Shown: positions 13,103 through 22,300 of the stretch, in pieces
How positions within the stretch are numbered: position 1 is the first letter of the stretch
Layout: the number at the start of each line of letters is the position of its first letter
The notes under the pieces: generated by a model
Database searches by the model: none
Told to the model about the DNA's origin: nothing
The model's input: only the letters and a program-made list of their open reading frames with translations
Assembly: GCF_016432865.1 (NCBI RefSeq)
Contig: NC_067400.1
Coordinates: 623,906,001 to 623,956,767 of the forward strand
DNA length: 50,767 nt
From: Antechinus flavipes
Taxonomy: Eukaryota
Direction: 5' to 3'
Program-made: the position numbers and the translations under genes

Positions 13103-13129
13103 AACCTATGTTCCCCCCTGCCACCACAG

Positions 13130-14590
13130 GCTAAGAGCCAAACCAGACCTGAAACTGTATTATAAAGCAGCGGTCATCATAACCACTTGGTACTGGCTAA
13201 GAAATATGGCGGTGGATCAGAGGAATAGGTTCACAAGACACAATAGTTAATGACTATAGCAATTTAGTGTTTGACACACCCAAAGGCCTCAGCTTCTGTG
13301 ATAAGAATTCACTATTTGACAACAACTGCTGGGAAAATTGGAAACTAGTATGGCAGAAAGTAGGCACAGATCAACATCTCACACCTTATCCCAAGATAAA
13401 ATCAAAACGGGTTCAGGATTTAGACACGATAGGTAATATGATACGCAAATTAAAGAGCAAGGAATACTTTACCTCTCAGATCTTTGGAGAAGGGAGGAAT
13501 TTTTGACGAAACGAAAGAGATTATGAAATCTAAAATGGCTATTTTTGATCACATTAAAAAAGATTTTGCCCAAAGAAAGCCAATGCAACCCAGAGTAAAG
13601 GGAAACAGAAAGCTGGGAAAAATTTTTACAATCTTTCTGATGAAGGTCTCATTTCTCAAATATAGAGAGAACTGAGTCCAATTTAATAGAGTACAAGTCA
13701 TTCCCCATTTGAGAAGTAATTCATTTGGATCCCTACTCTATTCCAGTTATAAGCAGTTTGATAAAATCCTATCAAGTTTGTGTATATAAGACCCCCGAGC
13801 TGTGAGCTATAGATTCTTGGTTCACTTGCTTAACTTCAGGAAGTTTAACTAAGGGCCCTTTTCTCTTGAGTTTACCTGTCATGGTAAGCCTTTAATAAAA
13901 TGCCATTGGCTCAGAGCTCTGCCTCGGTATTTTATTATAAGCGGGATAATTTCAATCTCCACACCCAATTGATATATTATGATCAAAGGATATGAACAGG
14001 AAGTTTTTAGGTCAAGAAATTAAAGCTATCTAGAGTCATCTGAAAAAATGCTCTAAATCACTCAAGAGAAACACAGATTTAAAATTTCTGAGGTACCATC
14101 TCACAGCTAGCTAGAAGACTGATAACAGAAAATGAAAATGATAACATTGGAGAGGATATGGAAACATTGGAACACTGATGCATTGTTGGTCAAGTTGTAA
14201 ACTGATCCAACCATTCTGGAGAGCAATATGGAATATGCCCAAAGAGTTATAAAACTGTGTATTTCCTTCAATCCAGGAAAATCATGATTACTTCTGTTTC
14301 CCAAAGAGATCATAAAAAAGGGAAAAGACCCACATTTACAAAAATATTCCTAGCAGCTCTTTTTGTGGTGGCAAAAAACTGGGAATCAAGAGGATACCCA
14401 TTAATCGGGGAATGGATGAACAAGTTGTGCTGTATGAATGTAATAGGATACTATTGTTCGTAAGAAATGAGAAGGCAGAAAGGGGAAGTCAAAAACTACA
14501 TGAACACACAAATACAGTCAGATACAAACAACTGGAAAAATATCAAATGCTCTTGGATAGGTCGAGTGAATATAAGAAAAATAACAATAC
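13130..14590 (+). mobile_element. Decayed L1 ORF2 3' half, interrupted by a solo LTR
   Basis: [34 protein letters not shown] and LAALFVVAKNW motifs in ORFs 13023, 13267 and 14257. Confidence 0.85.
13710..13963 (+). mobile_element. Solo LTR (254 bp) with imperfect 6-bp TSD (ERV2-like)
   Basis: TGAGAAG...CTCCACA flanked by CCCATT and CCCAAT. TATATAA at 13783-13789, AATAAA at 13894-13899. It interrupts L1 sequence CATTC.CCAATTGAT. Confidence 0.8.
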
Positions 14591-16200
14591 TGCTTAAATG
14601 AATCTATTTATTTTGTGCTATACCAATCAAACTGCCGAGAAATTATTTTATAGACCTAGAAAAATTAACAAAATTCTTCTGGAAGAAGGAAAGGTCAAGA
14701 ATTTCAAGGGAACTAATTAAAAAAATCAAATGGTGGCCTAGCTGTACCAGATCTAAAACTATATTATAAAGCAGTAGTTACCAAAACCATTTGGTATTGG
14801 CTAAGAAAGACACAAGTTGATCAGTGGAATAGATTAGGTTCACAGGACGAAATAGTCAATCACTCTAGCAATCTAGTGTTTGACAAACCCAAAGACCCCA
14901 GCTGGGAAAATTGGAAATTAGTATCGCAGAAATTAGGCATCAACCCACATCTAACATTGCATACTAAGATAAGGTAGAAATGGGTTCATGATCTAGACAT
15001 AATAATTATTCAATTAGAACCTCTCAGACCTGTGGAAAAAGAAATTTAGGACCAAAGAAGAACTGGAGATCATTATTGACCACAAAAGATCATTTTGATT
15101 CTATTAAGAAATTTTTGTATCAACAAAACTAATGCACATTAGAAGGGAAACAAACTGGGAAATCATTTTTACATTCAAGGGTTCTGATAAAGGCCTCATT
15201 TCTAAAATAGAAAATTGACCCAAATTTATAAGAATTCAAACCATTCTTCAATTGATAAATGGTCAAAGGACATAAACAGACATTTTTCACATGAAAAAAT
15301 TAAAACCATTTCCAGTCATATGAAACAATTTTCTAAATCACTATTGATCAGAGAAATGCAAATTAAGAGCACTGAGATACCACTACACACCTGTCAGATT
15401 GGCTGAGATGCCAGGAAAAGATAAATATTGGAAAGGATGTGGGAAAACTGGGACACTGATGCATTGTTGGAGTTATGAACGGATCTAACCATTCTGGAGA
15501 GCAATAGGGAACTGTGCTCAAAGGACCATAAAACTGTGCAGATCCTTTGATCCGGCAGTGTTACTATTGGGCTTATACCCCAAAGAGATACTAAAGAAGG
15601 GAAAGGGACCTGTATGTGCCAAAATGTTTGTGGCAGCCCTGTTTGTAGTGGCCAGAAACTGGAAAATGGATGCCCATCAATTGCCGAATGGTTGGGTAAA
15701 TTGTGTGTTCTGGAATATTATTCTGTAAGAAACGACCAGCAGGAAGATTTTTTTTTTTTGGAAGATTTCAAAAAGGCCTAGAGAGACTTACAGGAACTGA
15801 TGCTGAGGGAAGTGAGCAGAACCAGTAGATCATTAGACACAAGATTATACGATGACCAATTCTGATGGACCTGGCTCTCTTCAACGATAATCAGGTGGGT
15901 TCCAATAGACCTGTTGTAGAACCATCTGCATCCAGAGAGGACTGTGGGAACTGAGTGTCGATCACAACAGAACATTCTCTGTTTGCATTTTATTTCCTGG
16001 TTTGATTTTTTTTTCTTGTACAGCAAGATAATTATATAAATACGTATGCCTATGTTTAACATATGTTGAATGACTTGCCATCTATGGGAGGGGATGGGAG
16101 AAAGGGGGAAAAACTGGAACACAAGGTTTGACGAGGGCTAATGTTGCAAAATTCTCCATGCATGTATTTTGAAAAATAAAAAGCTTTTGTTAAAAAAAAT
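14590..16200 (+). mobile_element. L1 ORF2 3' part plus 3' UTR and poly(A), with many small deletions
   Basis: [23 protein letters not shown] remnant at ~14740-14810, ORF 15215-15406 (SSIDKWSKDINRHFS..ISSHMK) and tail AATAAAAAGCTTTTGTTAAAAAAAAT. Confidence 0.88.
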
Positions 16201-16640
16201 GAGCCGGCAGATTTTAGAGTAACCTGGAAGGACTTACATGAACTGATGCTGAATGAAATGAGTAGCAGCAGAACTTTCTACACGGTAAGAGCAACATTGT
16301 GTGATGATCGACTACTTAGCTCTTCTCAAACAATGCGATGCAAAACAAATCTAAAAAACTTAGGGAAAATGCCGTCCACATCCAGAGAAATAACTAGAGA
16401 GACTGAATGCAGACGAATATTTTCATTAAAATGGGGTTTTTCCCTTTTTTCTGATTCTGATTCCACACCTAAGTCACGTGGAAATATGTTTAACCTGATT
16501 GTACGTATATAACCTGTATCTGCCACCCTGAAAGGGAGAAACATTTGGAACTCACAATCTTACAAAAATAAATTTTGATGACTATCTTTCCATGGAATTA
16601 GGGGAAAAACCCAAGGTACTATTCAATGGGAAAAAAAAGT
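16200..16640 (+). mobile_element. Older L1 3' UTR fragment
   Basis: GACTTACATGAACTGATGCTGAATGAAATGAG at ~16230 matches the L1 3' end motif. Confidence 0.65.
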
Positions 16641-16739
16641 TCCTGAGCTGTAAATATATTTTGATTTTACAGTAGTGGTGGTCGTCGTAGCAGCCGTACT
16701 AAAATGTCACCTGAACAAGTCAAGATTAGCCACATCTTA

Positions 16740-17460
16740 GGTGGGACCTGATGTCAACAGTTGTTTTCTTGGTTCCCTTCTCTGAATTGGTCCATTGGGA
16801 GCCCTCCAAGTGGGTTGATCTGTACCTGACACAACGGCACCGAGGGGAATGTGGGGAAAGGGTCCTGTTGAGATGCAACCCTTGCGGCCGGACCATGTCT
16901 GTGGCCTTTTCACCAAGATCCTGATTATGCTGAGCAGAAGCTGAAGGTTCAAAGACTGATGGGGCCGTGGACTCCCGGGCCGAGCGAAGGGGACCCCTGT
17001 CCGAGGGATGGCCAGGTCCTCCAGGGACCTCGGGCTCTCTCCAGTGTGGGCCAGTCTTGCAGCACTGGACACCCGGGCACCTGGCAAGGAGGGCTATGGG
17101 CTTCTGTTAATAAGAAGTGCTTTTGTCAACAGGCCCGGCCCAGAGGCTTTCTGCTGGCATGCCATTCAGCTGGCAGGCCCTGCGCCGGCCCCTCTCATCT
17201 CTGCCTTCCTACTTTATCTTGGACCCACCCAGGCCCAGAGATCAAGGGCTCTTCTGCCTCGAGGGAAAAAATGTCAGTGGCCACACACACCCCCCTTAGT
17301 CTGCCCGGACACCTCAGGCCAGGAGAGAGTGTGGTGGACGGTGCCACCTTGGTGGTGACTTTTACCACCTTGATTTATTCCAGCTCCCGACTCCCCAGAA
17401 GTGGTCACACTGGCCTGGGATCAGCCACGCAGAAGAGAGACTGAGCGTCCCTTCAGCTGG
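16740..17460 (-). mobile_element. Possible very old non-LTR (RTE/CR1/L2-like) reverse transcriptase remnant
   Basis: Minus-strand frames give LQDWPTLE (~17037-17062), HGPISL (~16953-16972) and RC..RYRST in the order expected for P(T/S)LEEV...RPISL...QCGFR..RST. Motif resemblance only, across frameshifts. Confidence 0.3.
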
Positions 17461-17614
17461 GCGTGCAAGAAATCCTCTGCAGTGTTCTCAAACCCCAAAC
17501 TCCGACGGCCGTGCCAGGCCAATTCAGACCAGCTCCTATCAACGCCCGATTAAGGGACTCCCAGGGTTCTTCACCTTTATGTACCCTCTGGGTATCCTGT
17601 ACTCTTTAACTCAG

Positions 17615-17960
17615 CCCTGGCACCTCCACTGTCTTCTGAGAACCAGCCGGACCAGGGCCCTGGCACCCCCACTGTCTTCTGAGAACCAGCCGGACCAGGG
17701 CCCTGGCACCCCCACTGTCTTCTGAGAACCAGCCGGACCAGGGCCCTGGCACCCCCACTGTCTTCTGAGAACCAGCCGGACCAGGGCCCTGGCACCCCCA
17801 CTGTCTTCTGAGAACCAGCCGGACCAGGGGCCCTGGCACCCCCACTGTCTTCTGAGAACCAGCCGGACCAGGGGCCTGGCACCCCCACTGTCTTCTGAGA
17901 ACCAGCCGGACCAGGGCCCTGGCACCCCCACTGTCTTCTGAGAAGCAGCCGGACCAGGGG
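17615..17960. repeat. 43-bp minisatellite, 8 copies
   Basis: Unit CCCTGGCACCCCCACTGTCTTCTGAGAACCAGCCGGACCAGGG starts at 17615, 17658, 17701, 17744, 17787, 17831, ~17875 and ~17917. Confidence 0.95.
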
Positions 17961-18015
17961 CCCGCCGGGTCAGACTGCTCTGCCCTTACCCCGGCCAGGA
18001 CAATAGTTTTTGTTT

Positions 18016-18276
18016 TTATGACCCTGCTGTCTTAAGCCCATCCTGTTCTGTTCCCACGCCCATCTGCCTGCTTAGGAATAAAAGCGCACACTTTGGCTTT
18101 TTTAGACCCAACTCGGTGAAACGGGTCTTTTTCTCAGTCACCTCATAGAGATCCTCCTGGGTCCGGGGCCTGGCCAGTTCTAGAACTCTTGGGCCCAAGT
18201 CCAGGCTCTTCTCCTCGGGCCAGTTCTTAGCAAAGCCATTTTTTGAAAAAGCTAATTCCCGGCCATAAAATCCCAT
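18016..18276 (-). CDS. Candidate unannotated small protein or terminal exon with THEG-like motifs (86 aa)
   Basis: ATG in strong Kozak context (ATCATGG). The frame is stop-free from 18498 to 18016, with an AG acceptor before 18359. Protein contains WPEEKSLDLGPRVLELARPR and YEVTEKKTRFTELGLKKPK. Confidence 0.4.
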   Translation of the reverse strand: MGFYGRELAFSKNGFAKNWPEEKSLDLGPRVLELARPRTQEDLYEVTEKKTRFTELGLKKPKCALLFLSRQMGVGTEQDGLKTAGS

Positions 18277-19140
18277 GATGCTGAATGAACCCCTGTCCAG
18301 TGTCGAGGATTGGGGGGCACCAACTTCCTTTTCTGGGGCTTGAGCAGATGCTGCAGCACCTGCAGCGGCAGGGGCCGGACTAATCCCTGGACGGCCGGAG
18401 GGGGCTGCTCCCCAGGATGGCCCAGGGCGGAGGGCTGAAGGTCTTGCGCTCAGGGTGCCCCTGGGGCATCCCCGGCTGGGGCTAAGGGGAACCGGTGATC
18501 AACTAGGGGTCCCCCTGCTGGGGGTGACGGGAGGAATCGGGCTTCTGAGCGAGTCCGGGAAGGCACCTCCATGTCCAGCTCAGCGGAGTCATCCATCCGG
18601 GGGCTCCCACTAGACCACGCCCACCGTGAAGGCTCGGAGGAGCCCCCACCTCCTCAGGCAACCCCCTGCAGGGGGACGCTCCCCCTCTCCGCACCTCCCC
18701 TCCTTGCGGCAGGTTTTACCCCCAAGTCCCCTCCCTCTTCCCCGAGAAATCCGTGAAAACACTTCAGGGCGACTGCTCTCCCAGCCCTCCTCTCCTTCAG
18801 GACACGCCCCCGCCCCTTCCTGGCGCGAGCTCTGCGACCTCGGGGACGCCAAGGCCTTGGCTCTCCCCTGTCGGTCCAGGGGCCTTCCTATTATTCTCTG
18901 CCCCCTCCCCTCACCCCCCGCTTCCTTTGCGCCCCTCACCCCGGAAGAAGCCGCTTGGCAGCTCTGTAGCCGGGGCGGAGAGGGGGGAGGAGCTTCCGGG
19001 GGTCTCGGGAAGAAACGTCGGGGGCCTTCTCCCGGCCCAAGGCTGGCTGAGGTGGGCACTCCACCCCCCCACCCCCCTCCCACTGAGCGCAATTTCAAAT
19101 GGAGGACAGTAGCCTTGCGGCCCCCCGGGGGCAAGAAACT

Positions 19141-19146
19141 TTTATT
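19141..19146 (-). terminator. ODAD1: ODAD1 poly(A) signal AATAAA
   Basis: TTTATT on + strand, ~210 nt past the ODAD1 stop codon. Confidence 0.7.
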
Positions 19147-19358
19147 CCCTGAGGTCACAGCATCACTGGACCCGCCCCGCCCCGGCTCCCCCCAAGCTTA
19201 GCTGCGCCGGGAGCTTTGGAAGGAATGGGAGGAGACACACTTTGGAGGGACAGGCCCACCCAGCAGGAGACCAGAGCCCCCGCCACGCGCAGAGACCCGC
19301 GAGGGGAGGGGGTGTGAGGGAAGTCAGACGCTGGGTGTGGGGCTGAAACCTGGGCTTC

Positions 19359-22300
19359 TTACACAATGGACTTCTCTGCCTTCCTGCTGAACGACATGCT
19401 CATAGGCATGTCCTTGCCCAGCTCCCGATCCTGTACCTGCAGTTATTGGGGAGAGGGTGAGGAGGAGGGGCCCAGGAAGAACCGGCCCAGGGGCGCTGGA
19501 GGGGGGCGCAGAGCTGCTGGCTCTGACGGCCCTTCCCGGCAGGAAGGGGTTAAATAGGGAACACTACATTTAGAGAGAGACAGAAAGACAGAGACAGAGA
19601 GAAACAGAGACAGAGACAGAGAAACAGAGACAGGCAGAGACAGAGAGATAGAAACAGAGACAGAGACAAATAGAGACAGGCAGAGACAGAGAGAAACAGA
19701 GACAGGCAGAGACAGAGAGAAACAGAGAGACAGAGAGATCTCATGAAGGGTAGAGCACCCTCCAAAATCTAAGAAATAAGCGGGGAGTGGGAATGAGATA
19801 AGGAGGGCTATGGGGGAGGGGAGGTGGAAGAGCTGGCCAGGATGAGGAGGGCAGGAGCCCGAGGATGGCTGGTGGGAGGGAAGGTACCTGAGGATAATGG
19901 GGAATACAGGAGAGCATGAGGAAGAAAGAGGGACCGAGAGAGAGGGACGGAGGGAGAGGGGCGGTATTCCTCACCATCTTGAGTACCAGGTTTTTCAACT
20001 CCTCGGGATTCAGGGGCCGATCGCCTGTCAGCTCCATTCCCACAGGATCCTCCCTTGAATGGAAGGGTCTGGCTGTCTCAGCAGGCCTGGAAGCCTTCCC
20101 AGCCCCATTTCCACTCCGGAGGACCTCTGTTCCTAGGCCCCCAGCTCGATGGCCCTCTCAATCCGGAGCCCTGACTCCTCTGGGGTCCCGCCGAGTCTCC
20201 AGCTGCCTCCCAGCACTCTCCCCTTCCTGACCGCTAGCTCTGAATGCCCCACCATCCCTCCCTCCACAGCCTTCCCGTCTTCCAGGAGTCTGCCCAGGTC
20301 CTCCCCTCCTCTCTCGTGGCCCCTTCCCTCCCGGCCGCCCAGATCCTCGTAGACATCTTACATGGTAGGGGGCTGTGGGAGAGAGGTCTTCTTTACGGCC
20401 ACCTCGGGAGTCTGGCCCAGAAGCCGGAGAGCAGTGGCCTGGGGGTTGTAGGTGGGGGATTCCTGAGGGGAAGAAGGCGGGGTTAGTTGGGGCGCCAGTC
20501 TTGGCCCCTCCCCCCCAGCACCCCCGGGGATGCCCCTGACCATGGAGAAGCTTTCGAAGGCCTGGGCGGCCAGCAGGTCAATGACTCGCTGCTCAATGAG
20601 GCTGAGGAGCAGCTCCATGATCTTGTTCCCGATGTGGCTGCCTCCCAGCAGCTGTTTGAGCTTAGAGTCGTCACACTTGGCCTTGTAGAACAGAGACTGG
20701 ATTGCTGCGGGCGGGCCCCAGCGGAGGATCAGCGGGGCCCGGCCTCCCTGCTCCGGGGGCCACAGCCCATCAGCCCCTCCTCACCTGCCCCAACTCCCCA
20801 GCTACCTTTTCGCAGCCCTTCTTACCCTCCCCAGTGCCCCCCAAGTCCTTGGGGCCTCCAGCCGAGGTTGGAACTTGCCCAGAGATCCCCTGGTTCCCGG
20901 GGAGCCCAGTGGGGATCCCGGCTGAACCCTGCCCTCGGCCTCCTCCGGGCAGACCCCCAGGTCCCTCACCCTCCTTGAGCTGCTCTAGGATCTTTTTCAG
21001 GTTGTTGTGCTTCGTCTCCACCATCTCAGCCTCCTTAGCCAAATCCTCCTTCCGCTGCTCCAGCTCTTGCAGCTGCTGGTACTGGACCCCCTTGTCAGCC
21101 TCTTCTTGGGCCAAGGTCAACTGAGTTACGGCATCCTGGATCTAGAAACGGCAGGGACAGCCCTCAGCGATGCCGCCGGCCTGGAGGATCCTGGGATCGG
21201 GAGGCGGCAGGGTGTGCACCTGCCCGAGCCCCGGGGATGGGGGGGGGCGGCGGGGGCCTGCTCCCACCGCGGGCGGGGAGGGGGCCCGCTGTGCCCCGAG
21301 AGCCTCTCACCTCCTGGATATCCTCTTTGAGTTTCTCCATCTCCGAATTCTGCTCGTTGATAAAGGTGAACTCGGCAAAGTTTTTTTCTTCATCTGAGAT
21401 GAGGAGGGAGAAACAGGGGAGGCTGCGGAGAGCCGGAGGAAGGAGGGGGCTGCGCGAACGGGCGGGATGGGCGCGGGCCGGGAGGGAAGACAAGAGAGAC
21501 GCACAAAGCGGNNNNNNNNNNNNNNNNNNNNNNNNNNNNNNNNNNNNNNNNNNNNNNNNNNNNNNNNNNNNNNNNNNNNNNNNNNNNNNNNNNNNNNNNN
21601 NNNNNNNNNNNNNNNNNNNNNNNNNNNNNNNNNNNNNNNNNNNNNNNNNNNNNNNNNNNNNNNNNNNNNNNNNNNNNNNNNNNNNNNNNNNNNNNNNNNN
21701 NNNNNNNNNNNNNNNNNNNNNNNNNNNNNNNNNNNNNNNNNNNNNNNNNNNNNNNNNNNNNNNNNNNNNNNNNNNNNNNNNNNNNNNNNNNNNNNNNNNN
21801 NNNNNNNNNNNNNNNNNNNNNNNNNNNNNNNNNNNNNNNNNNNNNNNNNNNNNNNNNNNNNNNNNNNNNNNNNNNNNNNNNNNNNNNNNNNGGGAGGGAG
21901 GGAGGGGGGTCACGCAGGGTGCGGGAGGAGGGCCGGGCGGGAGCTGGGGGAGGAAGCGGCCCGAGCGCTAGGGGGCGCTGCTGCGGGCGGGCGCTGGCCA
22001 AGGTGCGCGGGCGCCGAGGGGCTCCCCCCGGCCCTCCCGCCCTTACTTTCCAAGTACGTGTGGAAGATTTCCTCTGCCGTGGCCTGGCCCGTTATCTCGG
22101 CCAGCTTCTCCAGCACCTCCTCGTACTGGATGATGGCCTTCTCGTGCGAGGTCTTGCGGAGGCCCTCGGCCACCTCCCGCTCTGCGGGGAGCCCCAGGGT
22201 CAGCAGCCGGCCGGCTCCCGGCCCCCGCCGCCTCCGCCTCCCTCCCACGCCGCTTTTCCTCCCGTTTCCTCTCAGGGAGCCTGCTCCTCGGGCCCCGGGA

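Noticed and set aside
17615-17960. CRISPR-like regular repeats (also 30608-31850, 34447-34965 and others)
   Set aside because: The units are head-to-tail with no unique spacers, there are no cas genes, and the DNA is mammalian: these are minisatellites.
20067-20356. An extra or longer ODAD1 exon beginning DVYEDLGG...
   Set aside because: It follows the GTAAG donor at 20361, hits a stop, and is not needed for the phase-consistent model.
21512-21891. A missing ODAD1 exon hidden in the gap
   Set aside because: The flanking exons join in phase and match the human protein without a break.
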